Of a stretch of 64,000 nt of DNA, positions 25,201 through 38,268 are shown piece by piece. The position numbers and the translations under genes were made by a program. Below the pieces are notes generated by a model. That model was not told the DNA's origin, searched no databases, and saw only the letters and a list, made by a program, of their open reading frames with translations. This DNA is from Owenia fusiformis (lineage: Eukaryota): the NCBI GenBank assembly GCA_903813345.2, contig CAIIXF020000001.1:27342001-27406000 (forward strand), in the 5' to 3' direction. How positions within the stretch are numbered: position 1 is the first letter of the stretch; each line of letters starts with the position of its first letter.

Positions 25201-28200
25201 GTATGATGGAATAGTATTCAATAAAATGAATTTATATATTGTCTTCAAATAATCTCACATATAGTATCTGCATGGAATATAAAACCTAATAAAAACTATG
25301 TGGCATCATATGAAAATACATGCTTTTTAATGAATCTGCAGTTTTAGCTGTTTGTTCTATACATGCAATTTATTAACATGACATCATTCTGCTTTCAGAT
25401 ATTGCAACAATAACTGCCTTTACCGACTATTCCAAAGAGATGAAAAAGCAGAATATAGCATGTTCAAGGTTTGTGGAAATACAAGATACAAGTAGAAATA
25501 ATCTTCATTTACACCATTAAATATTCATAATTTAGGCAAAGTGATATCATATTTGCAATCTACATGATCTTGTACATGTAAATTACATAGAAATGTGGTT
25601 TCAAAAATTCTTAATCAACTTTCAAAAATTGATTCACTAGAACTGATGAGTATTCAAGTTTAAAGGCCGGTTTTAAAGTTGCTAGCAACTCTCAATAAAA
25701 TATCAGATAACATCCACACTTTAACATGGCACAGCTAGTCAGGATTAGTATGTTTAATTAACAGCATTGCTAAATACTTGATTTTGCTAATCTTGAGGAC
25801 TTTTAAATTTGAAAAATGTAATCAGTGTTTTTAAATGTCCTATCACAATCCAACAAAATGATGAAGTTGAAATCTAACTGCAGAATATGAACTTAAAAAC
25901 ATTGAAAGATACACATAACAAAATTGGAACCAATACATTTTCTTAATGAATATGAAATATGAGAAAATTGACCAGCTTTGTGAAAATATCAAAAATACAG
26001 TTATTTTGGCTGTTCCATTTGTCTGCCTCCTATTTATACCCCATGTCCCTCTTTAAGGGAATTTTCTAATATATACTATGTATTATATCTGCCATGTTAT
26101 CTGACCCAAATTAGTCACCTTATGGTGAAACTGGTAACCACCTACTTGCAGCCAGATGTTTGAAGGATCAATTTCAAATGTTCATAGATAATTTTTATAT
26201 GTAAATATCAAACTTGTTAATTTAATTTTTATGTGTAAATATCAAACTTGTAAATTTTTGGGCATTTAGGGTAAATGGTGAGGTGGCCACTTTGGATTTT
26301 CAGTCTTAAAATCTTGTCTGTAATGTCTTGTCTACATGTTTTCAGGCTAATCATTTCACGGATCAATTAAAAATTTTCAGGGATGATTCTTAGTATGTAA
26401 ATCTCAAAATAATTAGGTTTTTGGCATTTTGGGTAAATGATAAGGTGGCCATTTTCCATCCTAAAATCTTGTCTGTTAAGTCTTATCTATGCGTTTTCAG
26501 GCTAATCATTTCAAGGATCAATTTCAAATTTTCAGGGATGATTCCGAGTATGCAAAGCTCGAACTGATCGGCTTTTGGGCATTCTCGGTTTATGTTAAGG
26601 CGGCCATTATGGATTTTCTGTCTTTAAATCTTGTCTGTTGAGTCTTCAGATGAACCATATCACATATCAATTAAAAAAATACAGGGATATTGCTGGATTT
26701 TCTGTCGTCTCTTCAACTAATATCTGTTGAAAATACAGTATGAAAAAGCTTCATAGGATCACCCATTGGCAGGGACATGTTGTACACATTTGTGTTCTTG
26801 TACTTATATCTGCATTTGCATTTCACAGGTGTGATGAATCATTTGACACTGCAATCCTATTGGCTCGTCATCTGAGAGAAAAGCATTTGAAGCCAAAAGC
26901 TAAGGGAAACAAAGTCCTTCAATGTAAGGTATGTAAGAGGAGATTTGTGGACAAATTCACCCTGAGTCGACACATGAAGATCCATGGGGAGGGAGTACAC
27001 TGGCCGTGCAACATCTGTGGTCTGAAACTCAGTAGGCGAGACGTGCTGATTGTACATATAAAGAGGAAACATGATGGACTCTACACTGAGGTATGAGTCA
27101 TTTTTTCAAAATTTTTTCAAGTATGAAAAGTATGAATCATAACTTCAACATGAATTATAAGTGGTTCGAATTTTCAAAATTTTCTACCAAATATAGATTT
27201 AGTGTATTTTATGTTCACTTTCAAATACAACAAAATACTTTTCCCTGTCATTGAAATCAAATGAACAATAGTTAAACTTTGATTCTCCAGGAAGACTTAG
27301 TTAACATTCAGAAAGAGCCTGAAATAGGCCCACCAGATGGTGCTGCGATTGTTGAGCTCACTGACTCTACTGTCAGAACAAATGAAATCACTAATGATGG
27401 TGACACATCAGATGAGGATATAGAAGAAGAGCAGAATAATGAGCCTGAATGGCAACCTGATCCAAATTTAATCGCCAAAGAAGAAACACCTGGTGAAACA
27501 CCAAGCAGATCATCACGTCGCATCAAAGAGCGTAAAGATCGTGCACCTGGTATCAACACAGCCTACCCAAGTGAGGACTTTGTTAGAGGACCCGAAGAAT
27601 ACAGAGCAGTAGTAGAGAATATGAAGAAAGAAGCAGATCCAGAAAAACCCAAGCGCAGTAGAGGTCGTCCTAAAAAGGTTCCTGTACTAGTTGATAAAGG
27701 GAACCTTGCAATACAGGCGTTGACTGATGTACTTGAGGGAAATTCCCCAAAACCTCCTGCAAAGAAGGTTAAGGTAGATGAAGATCAGACCGAGATGAGT
27801 AAAGTGGATGTTCCAGCTCCTGAAGCTGTGAAAATCAGCTGTGAAATCAGTGAAAGTGAAGGTAATTGGTCTTTTTAAAATAGAAATATTAATTGTAGTA
27901 ACAACAACAAAACAAGCATGTATCAAGAAGTGTATTCTCAGGATGAGTTCTGATATCATATATCCATGTAATCAAGAGTATTTTTCCCTTAGTGTATTCT
28001 TATATTTTTGCAATAATCATTGATATATTTTCTTTTTGTAATTAACCCATCATTAGTACTACATAAATTTATAAATTTATAACATGACCAATGTTTGTTT
28101 TTCTTGGTAGGTATGACTGCAGAAAGCCTCCAGAAGATGAGTGACAATGCCATTAAGATCCTGAACCAGATGACGTATGATTTAGATGATGATACTGCAG

Positions 28201-31200
28201 ACCAGCAGAAGGCCAAAGACATTGAAACTCCAAAAGAAACCACTGACAGCAGTGCCAATAAGGAAGTGATGGAAGGTGATACCATAGTTGAAAAAGAAAA
28301 GGAAACCACTGACATCTCTGCCAATAAGGAAGTTCTTGACGATGATAGCATAGTTGAAAAAGAAAAGGTTGTTGATAAGTCCTTACCTGTAAAGAGGGGA
28401 AGAGGAAGACCACCCAAAAAGAATGGCAAGAAGCAAAATAAAGCACACAAGGAATTGCTAGATATCCATCTTATTGCTGATATAAGTGTAGAGAATGAGA
28501 CATTATCTTATACTTGTAAACAGTGTGGAGCCAGTGAAAATAGCACTGATATTCTTGCAATGCAAGAACACTACAACAGTGTGCATTGTAAGAGAGGAAA
28601 ACCAAAGTTCCATTGTGTAGACTGTGGCAAAGACTTCAACAGGCAGTGGAGTTATGATCGACATGAGTGCCTTGCAGTAGAAAAGGGGGAAGATGGACTG
28701 TTTGGATGTAAAGAATGCAAGAAAAAGTTTTTCAACGCTGAATACTTAAGGAGACATATGGCTGCACACACTGGTAAATTCAAATGTGATGTATGCAATA
28801 AGAAATTTGCAAGAAAAGAATCATTAATAAAACATATTTGTTCGGCAGATAAGAACACAACCACTGGGGTACAAGAATTAGATGAAACTGCACTCACTTG
28901 TGACATTTGTGGTCTTGGCTTCTTAAAGGAAGCCAACCTTTATCGCCACATGGGAGTGCATACACAGGACTATTTATGTGGAAAATGTGCACGAGTTTAT
29001 TCAAGAAAAGAGGGCTTGATAAAGCATCTTCTAAAGTGTAATCCAGATCAACTTACCGAGAAAGAAAAGAATAGCTTCTTCCCATGTAAATTTTGTTCAA
29101 AAGTATTTTGCAAGGAGTTAGGACTCAAGAATCACATGAACTTTCATGCCGGTGCCTTTAAGTGTTTCTCATGTGGTAAAAATTTTTCACTTAAAAATGC
29201 CCTTGATAATCACCAATGCAGTAGAATTCTGGATGTAACGCTGAGTTTCTCCGATGGTGAAACAGAGGAACATGTCAAATCAACTAAACGTAAACTCTAT
29301 CGTTGTCCAGAGATGGACTGTGATGAAAAATTCAAACAGCGCCAGTGCCTTATAGAACATCTCGAGGAACACAAAAAAGAGACTCATCCTTGTAGTATCT
29401 GTGAGAAATCCTTTGATCGAAAAGCTGACTTAGTCATTCATCATTTACTGTGTTCAGCTGTAAAAACTGTTGAAGAAAATGGTTTTATCAATTGTGAAAC
29501 ATGTAACACACCGTTTTCAGAGCCACTTCTCTATCAGAAGCATTGTGAAGACCACATCCTCCCATTTAAGTGTAATGTCTGTCAGAAGAGGTTTACTAAA
29601 CCAATTAACTCAAATGATCATCCTTGCATACAAGGAAAACCACTTCCTTGTTCATTGTGTCCTCTGACATTTAAGAATACAGCTATGTTAGAACGCCACC
29701 AGGTTATTCACGCACCACCACAATTTGAATGTCCGGACTGCACGAAGAAATTTTATCGCAAAGACTACCTAAATGATCACAATTGTTACCGACCAGATGG
29801 CACTGTTGTTCGACGCAAGATGCTGCACACGGGAGTCGTAGAAACTAGTCCTGTGACAAATATTTGCGACATATGTGGGAAATCCTTTATGAGTGTTGGT
29901 AACCTCAATAAGCATGTGATCACTCATGGTGAGCGGAAATTTCCATGCAAGATTTGCCATAAGAGGTTTCACCTGTCCATCAACCTTGTGTACCATATGA
30001 GAGGTGTGCATACCAACAAGAAAAACTACCAATGCTATGAGTGTGGTAAAGGTATGAAAACCAAGAATGCTTTAATGGCCCACATAAAGAACTTCCATTC
30101 TGATACCATATTTTTCTTCCAGTGTCCAAAATGTCCAAAATCATTCCGTCAGAAAGGCAACATGCTTAAACATCAATTGACCCATTCAGATAAACGAAAC
30201 TTTACTTGTCGGTTTTGCAACAAGACATTCAAGTACCAAGAGCAGATACATCGCCATGAAATGGAACACACACAAGCTGACAAATACAAGTGTTCTCATT
30301 GTGAGAAGGCCTTCGCTCTTCCATATCAGCTAAGGCGTCATGTTGTATCTTACCACAGTGGCATGATGTTTGTATGTGAGTTCTGTCACATTGAATGCCG
30401 TCACTATCACACAATGAGACGGCATATCCAGCGCAAGCACGCGAACGTCAAGTTCAGCAACCTGGGGGAGTATATCAATAGTCTCAGGCAGGTCAGTGGA
30501 AACCCTAGATCTGTGTTACGCTCCAGTGATGAGGCTGGAAGATCTAATATAATGACAGCCCTAACACTCCCTGCTGGATCTGCAAATGTAAGTTTATATT
30601 TAAGTCAAAATCATACTACATGTTATATTAACTAAAATTTACATTTACAGATGTTTCATCATACACATACTAAATTCTTCAATTGTATTCATAATATTTC
30701 ATTGTACACATTACTTCAATTGTTTAAATATCCATAACATCACATTTTTTACACATAACTAAAATGTTTCATTGTACCAACTACTATAATTATCCCAACG
30801 AACGAAGTTCGGTAGGGATATAGTGAAGCCCTCCATCCGTCCGTCAGTCCATCCGTCCGTCCGTCCGGAAGATAACTCAAATATTAGTTGACGGATTTTC
30901 TTCATATTTGGTGGAAAGATGTATATTGATGAATAGTTTTACCCAAAAAATAATAATTTCAAGATGGCCGCTGCTTTACAAATGACGGGACTTTTTCGCA
31001 AAAATCATAAATTTTTCATTCTAAACCAAAGTGATTAATATTAATGTTTGAAATTTTGGTAGTATATTCGCAACATCTCTCTTTTTCACATATATTCCGT
31101 GTTTTTCATCCTGACCCCCAGGGGCCGTGTATGGGGTGTCAGGAAAACAGAAATTTTCGCTAATTTTTAGATCTTTCTAAAGTATAACTTTATTATACTC

Positions 31201-34200
31201 AAATGAAAGGCAATTAAGAGTAGATTGCAAATATTGTATCTTTTTTCTGATTCGAGCCTCGTAAAATTCAAAATGGCTGTCTAATGTACGATTTCGCTAT
31301 AATTTTTCGATCCCTTCAAAGTATGGCTATATTATACTCAAATTGAAGGAATTTTGGAGTAGATCACAATTATGGTATTATTTTTCAGATTCGTACCTCA
31401 GAAAATTCAAAATGGCTGCTTTGCAGGAATTCGCATTCTAAAATCAAAATTTTTCAATTTTAACCGAAGTAATGAGTATAATTGATTGGAATTCGGTAAT
31501 TGATATTTTGTTCGTTGGGATTTGCTACTCCGCGTAGTTGCTGTTATCTAGTCTTCAAATGTACATATGTCTAAAATTGTAATCGGTTGTAAGCATGAAT
31601 GGAATATTCAATATTGTACAATGTATGTGTTTGCATATTTCGCAGGGGTTTCATTAGCAGCAGACAACAGGCGATTTTCACTGAATGTTTTCACAAAATT
31701 GCTGTTTTAGTCTATTTGTTTTTCGGAACTTTTCCATGTTGAATTTATGGTTTCCATTAATTTTGCCTGTTGTTTTCATTTATTTATCCTGTTGTGAGAA
31801 ATTCTAGTGAAACCCCTGTTTCAATGTTCAATCAGCTATAGTAATACAATGTGCAGATGTGAATACATTCACCTTGTAGAACCTTATACTGGGCAGAGAT
31901 GATGCAAACCAGTCAGGCAAACAAGGCCTAATAGATGCAACAGATGCTCTACAAACACTGTCTAACCTAGCTACATGTGAAGGGGGAGCTAATACTACTA
32001 CATTACTACAAGATATACAGCAACACATAGCTAGCGGAGGCTCTGTCCAGAATGTACCTGTATCTTTAGATGGCGGGAACCAAGGTAAGATTATCTTACA
32101 GCTATCTATAACAAATACAGTAAAAACAGTCTTCGGCAAAATCTACCAGTATTGGCCAAAATTGTTCAGATTAGCAGTTGATCACAATTCAAGGTTTTAT
32201 TAACATTTAAGTCAATTTGAGATAACAAGTTTGGGACTGGGAAAAGGTGTGTATTGAGAAGTGTTCATCCTCCTAAGCAGGTACCAAGAATCCGTACCTC
32301 CTTTTTCCCCCTGCTATAACCAATTTGGAAGCGCCCGATTAAACTGAATCATGTGATCTAATTGTGCCAATGACTTATACATGATTTCTGTCGCAGTTTT
32401 GCGACAGCCAATCAGATTGCGAGTTCCCAATCGGGGAAATGCTAACTGCTTATCGCAGGGGGTAAAAAGAAAGAATATATTCTGGATTTTGAAGCCCTGT
32501 GGTCGGAGGATGGAGGTTTTTGGATATACAGGTTTCACTGTACTTCACTTACTTTTTATCACATTTTTTTAAAGTGCCATATTGTGTTTGTCCTGTGCTG
32601 ATGTGTGCATGTGTCTGTCTGGGCAGGTGGCACATCAATCAAACCATGTTTAATTTGTAATATCCATATAGTTTATGATAAGGTCCAGATATATTAATAA
32701 TATATATTGATAGCAAAGTCTTTAAGACATGGTTTTCACAAAAATGAGCCAAAATTGTAGCCATATTTTTAGGCTATATTTAATTGCTCCACCAGCTTTA
32801 CTGCAAATTAAAATTCTTAATTCTTATCACAAAAAATGGAAACAGAGGAAGTGATAATCTATTTGTCTATATGTATTGTATTTTAAATGAATTTGCAGGC
32901 TATATATTGGTATATGGAGACCCCAATGATGAGTCTGGGGGTGCCACAGTTTATCAAAGATTAGGTATAGAGGGACAAAACCCGGGGGAGATCACTGTCA
33001 TAGGGGATGGACAAACCATGGAAAATGTCCAGATGAGTGGTGTAGTGCCCAGTGAGCAGATTCAGGAAGGAACTGTCATAGATGATAATCAGGTACTACA
33101 GTTAGACTTTAGAAAGGGCTGTTTTCTTAAAATCATTTTATTTAGCCTAGATGGAAACTTTCCAAACTGGCATTCATGTACTTTTTGATACTTTGTGTGA
33201 ACACTGAACAATCGTTTTGTTACTTTATGAGGATTTAATGACCTTATTTACATTAGAATTCAGGCTTTTTGTGATATAATATTTAGTTTCATGAATATAG
33301 TCAATGCAGTCAAGGTTACAGATATTTTATGCACAGTAGTTGTAGATCCAGTGTCTTGTAATTACCATACCATATGCATGTCTATTTCATTGTTGAGGTC
33401 AAATATCTGTGATAACATCCAAATATATTTATGATATTTTGACTTAATAGTGAAACAGTGTTCATGTATTACTTAATAGCTAAACAGTATTCATGTATTA
33501 CTTAATAGCTAAACAGTAGTCATGTATTTCTTAATAGCTAAACAGTATTCATGTATTACTTAATATCAAAACAGTATTCATGTATTACTTAATAGCGAAA
33601 CAGTATTCATGTATTACTTAATAGCGAAACAGTATTCATGTATTTCTTAATAGCTAAACAGTATTCATGTATTACTTAATAGCGAAACAGTATTCATGTA
33701 TTTCTTAATAGCTAAACAGTATTCATGTATTACTTAATAGCGAAACAGTATTCATGTATTACTTAATAGGGAAACAGTATTCATGTATTACTTAATGCTA
33801 AACAGTACTCCTGTATGACTTAAATAGCGACACAGTATTCATGTATTACTTATTAGCTAAACAGTACTCCTGTATGACTTAATTGCTAAACAGTACTCCT
33901 GTATGACTTAATAGCGAAACAGTATTCATGTATTACTTAATAGGGAAACAGTATTCATGTATTACTTAATAGCTAAACAGTACTCCTGTGTGACTTAAAT
34001 AGCGACACAGTATTCATGTATTACTTAATAGCTAAACAGTACTCCTGTATGACTTAATAGCTAAACAGTACTCCTCATGTATTACTTAATAGCTAAACAG
34101 TACTCCTCATGTATTATAGATAAGTGAGTCTGATGCTACCCTGACTCTACCTGATGGCCGCACAATAAAGTTTACTAATGGCATTGCATCGACTGGTGAG

Positions 34201-34533
34201 ATCCTACTACCTAATCAAAACATAACTAATACAAATGAAGTGATGATACCAGAGCAGGCCATTTACCAGGTGCAAACCGTGGAAGGGGAGCAGATGGGAG
34301 CCATAGAGGTGAATGTTGACCAATTAGCCATTGAAGAGGAGATTGTTAAACAAGATGATGAGCAAGCTGAAAATGTGAAGGAAGATTCAGAGATGGGAGA
34401 TGAAGCAAGTGAAGAAGTTGAGATGATGGAGAATATTGAAACTTCTGAACCATTAGAGGAAAGGACTGTGGTCAAGAAGGGTCAGGAAGTGCAAGCACTG
34501 CAGATTCTTACAGACAGTAGGCTTAATAGCTAG
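22219..34533 (+). CDS. PRDM15: PR/SET-domain C2H2 zinc-finger protein, PRDM15/PRDM10-like (about 1755 aa)
   Basis: In-frame exons: 22219-22739, 22990-23152, 23547-23712, 24153-24233, 24939-25082, 25399-25468, 26829-27090, 27291-27861, 28111-30587, 31880-32084, 32899-33092, 34120-34533 (5268 nt). Zinc knuckle CDVCGGNHATEECPE; PR domain FGPY...NWMCLVQAA...GSDIYF...PGHELKVWYAPHYAKKLGKP; two AT-hooks (RGRP); a long C2H2 finger array; acidic tail. Confidence 0.88.
24331..24508. mobile_element. Short MITE (CTGTAAAACCTGT/ACAGGTTTTACTG family) in a PRDM intron
   Basis: Terminal inverted repeats are present. Related ends occur at about 32117-32541 and 51836-52055. Confidence 0.5.
30790..31546 (+). 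mobile_element. Helentron-associated interspersed element (HINE/DINE-1-like)
   Basis: 5' subTIR ATCCCAACGAA in a short hairpin, then a (GTCC)n microsatellite at about 30835-30867. 3' subTIR TTCGTTGGGAT (31511) is followed by a small stem-loop GCTACTCCGCGTAGT. This is the canonical HINE layout. Confidence 0.75.
31643..31818. mobile_element. Short MITE
   Basis: TIRs CAGGGGTTTCA ... TGAAACCCCTG; no clear TSD. Confidence 0.55.
33442..34116. repeat. 29-bp minisatellite (about 23 copies) in the last PRDM intron
   Basis: Unit AAACAGTATTCATGTATTACTTAATAGCT. The array ends at the AG acceptor 34118-34119. Confidence 0.92.
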
Positions 34534-37485
34534 ATTTGACTGTGATAGAACAGCATTGTAATAAAGTAGACTTAAAATCAAAAGAAGTAGGTGATATAGA
34601 GTGTGAAATAATAGAAGCAGTCTTTTAAAAGAGAATGGCAATGTTACCTTTACAATTCTTAATTTATTTTCTGAAAAATGGAGATATCTGTTCAAATTAA
34701 AAGTGATTTAAGGTACAGAAATGCCGAAAATATGATTTGAAAACTGGCGTCCCCTTTTCAAAACTATTGCCAGATTATCTTCAAAATCAAATGGCTTTTC
34801 TGAAATATAATCGGAACCATTGGACTTTTTTTTGAAAACAGACAATAGATTCAATGAGAAAAAAATTGCAACAGTTTGACAATATTTTCCGAAACTTACT
34901 CTAAGTTGTCTTTCCAATCTACTTCCTTAGATGTCTCACCACACCTCCTTTCTCTTCATAACAAAAAAGGGCGTTGAAAGTCCTGAGATTTGACGTCACA
35001 TTACATAAATACTTCTACGGAGACTTACTATCAAGAATTTTAGTTACACTGTCCATTTTTGAAAAACAATGATTTGATTTTTCATAATAATTAAAACTAC
35101 TACTGTAATATGCTATATGTATATTTGCCATTTGTACCAGTCTGTTTATCTCAGGTATATTGTGAAGATTGTCAATAATATGTACATAAGACATGTAAAA
35201 AGTATTTCAGTCAGAGGATTGTGTATTACTTGTATTTACAGGGAGGGCAAAAAACATTCATATTTTTATTTTGCTACGTTTTCATAATGCATGGATTCCA
35301 AAAATAGTTTCACTCGAGATGCAATAGTCAGTTATACTGTATATTTGAACTCAGACGCCTAATTTCCCCCTTAGTGAGAAACTGCCCCTGGGATAATGGT
35401 AAAAATATTTCACACATCTCTAGCAACAAAAATATTTTTGAAATCCATAGATTATTGGAAGTTTGATCCCCAAATGGAAAATATGAACGTTTTTGCCAAA
35501 CCTGTAGATTGTTACTGAAACATGCATTTTATAGATTTATATATGTACATAATAACATGCATGTCATTTGATTTATCTACATATATATGTATATATGTAT
35601 AAGACAAACTATCCATTTCCTTGCTGTGTGTTTGGAACATTTAGTTTTACCAGTTCCAATGTTGTAAATTGATTTTCATTTGAAACTGATATATATTATA
35701 TTTTATATCCTTATTCTGTTGGGTAGGCTATGTTTATATGTCAGTGTGTGTTTCAATAGATCACACATTAAAGGAGCTTTGCAAGTCTGCAGTGGAATTT
35801 ACCAGTTTCTCGCTTCTTTATCCAATGGACGAATGAATACTTGTACACACCTCCAATGTTAACCAGTCTGAGATCTTTTGTCAACATGGCTTTTTGTTGC
35901 ATTTTAAATAATTTGATTTTTTGGGAATCACACCTGGGGAGAAACCACAGAAGTTTTTGTTTTCTCGGATTTTCCTGTAAATATTATGTCACCAACTACC
36001 CTGCGTGCAGAGTGTGTTTAAACTAGAAGACGAAGCTCTCTTTTAAGAAGTGAAGTCAAACGAATGCAAATTGTAGTCACCAACACATAGTGGTGAGATA
36101 TTGTTATAGTCTCCAACTTTTTTGTGGACGGTGTTCGGCGTATGGAACAAATGGTAGGTTGTGACATTTTGCATGTTAATGCCTTGTTATTACTATTGTA
36201 CAGCAAATTTTATTGTTTGATCAACTTTCTCTGTTTTTATAACTAATGTACAGAAATGAGTGAATAGTAAAGAAATATAAAGATTTAACGTCCATTGAAA
36301 AAAATTGTTATTTAAATTGTTATATCCATGTATTGATGGGTTTAATATGAATGGTTTATATTCATTTGTCATGTTGTCTTGCCACCCTGATGTGGTGGCA
36401 TTGTTATGACCTGCACTTCTCGTGTCAGGTTTGTCATTTTTGTAATAAAGTGATAGCTTGAAAAGTGACAACATATATGAATCTCTTGGTTTTAGTGTTT
36501 ATATTTTATGTAAGAATATGTTCCCATGGGAATGAATTTTCCAGCGAACTTTAATACTTGTAGCTAGGTACGCAGGGGGTAACCTGGATTTTAAATTGGG
36601 AGGGGCGCTTGATTTACATTAATATAATTTGTTAAGTTAAGAACCAGTATTATGTTGTGCTAAATAAGCAAATAAATAAGGTAGTGTTCTGATAAAAAAT
36701 CATATTCTCAACTCCATGAATCTAAGTGTCCCTTTGTTTTTCGGTGTTCTCAATGATGTGACCTACGTTGTGCTATGGTAGTTTTTCAATGAATTAAAAC
36801 AATCTAATTCACTTTAAAAACTATGAATTATCTTTGTCTACCCACGTACCCACTCCTTCCAACTAAGAACCTTAGCTTATTGTGCTTGTGCAAAGTTAGC
36901 CCATAGTTACTGCCCAAAAGAGATAATATATAAGCTCTCATATACGTAGATGGCACACGTGTAAAATATTAGAAATACAAAACTTTTTTTCCGTGTTCCA
37001 TGAAACTTCGACGTGGCAATTTGAGAAATGGGTTTGACACGTTCTCTCATCTAAAGCTCTCGATTGTTTGTAGTTGTAAAAGACATATTAGAAATCTTGA
37101 TGTATTTCCCATATGAAGTTGCTCTCCCATGGTGGAGAAAAACATTAATTTTTAAAAAAAATAAAAAGATCCAAGACATCTTGATCTAAGAAATGGTACA
37201 TTTAAGAGATACTTTGGTGCCGTTTTCAATAGCTTTTATTCATTTTGCGTTATTTGACTTCAAAAAGAAGTGAAGGTTATCCGCAAATGATATACCCATT
37301 GTATGGAGTAGGTAATTTTCTTCGGTATAACAAATATATGAGTTAAAAAATAATTTGTGAAGTTTTTTCTTGGTATTTTATGAAAAATAGCATGGTCCCC
37401 ACGGGAGACAAATCTTTCCCAGCCCGTGATATTTACCACTGCGTGTCTTGTTTACCGCCAGGCCTTTGAAAAATATTATAGGAAT

Positions 37486-37965
37486 ATCCTATGGTCTTGA
37501 AAAAATATCAATTATATTCATGAGTGGATATTGGTTTCTTCATGAGTGAGTGCAGCGAATGAGTGAAGATATTTGAATCCATGAGTTGATATAATTGATA
37601 TTTTTGAAAAACCATAGGATTGTCTGTTTATCCCATGGGAAATCATCATCAGCGGAAAAAGTTGAAAAATATAATTTGAGAAAAAATGTGAAAAAATAAA
37701 TTGAAAAAAAATGTTGAGAAAGTTTTGAAATTTAAAAAAATTATTTTTGAAATTAATTAAAACATGTAAAAGGAATTAAAATCGAAACCATCGAATATCA
37801 CTTTTCAAACCATCGATTATCACTTTTTAAGACGTGATATTCGATAGTTTAAAAGTGATATTCGATGGTTTGTGAATTTTTTACTAAAATATGATATCTT
37901 GATCCACATATCAAATATATCTTCGTGTGATATTCGATCTATATCCTTGCAACCATGGGATAATG
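37486..37965. mobile_element. Hairpin-headed interspersed element (family not identified)
   Basis: About 135-bp imperfect palindrome at 37486-37620 (ATCCTATGGT...ACCATAGGAT), followed by an inverted pair TTATCCCATGG / CCATGGGATAA. Confidence 0.45.
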
Positions 37966-38268
37966 ACTTTTATCTTCCGATGTCTTGCAAAGACGAACAC
38001 CATTAATATAAACAATAATCCAGAATAAACAAGTACTGACAATTACCTTTATTCACCATACATGCCATAGCTTCCTTATTACATTGTCCATCATAACATA
38101 CAATACTTGGTATAGATAACTAGACTATGCCCCGGTTTCCATTTTAGGCTTCCTCAAATGTTTTGTCATTTGATGAAAACTAGATCCCTCTCTTCGGCTG
38201 TTATATTATATCTTATTTATTTACAAAAATAGGAGAGCACCAGAGTACATTTAATTTTCATCATGTGA

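Noticed and set aside
27989-30414. Antisense and alternative-frame ORFs overlapping PRDM exons (and likewise ADAR exons)
   Set aside because: They are shadow ORFs of the real coding strand with no domain features.
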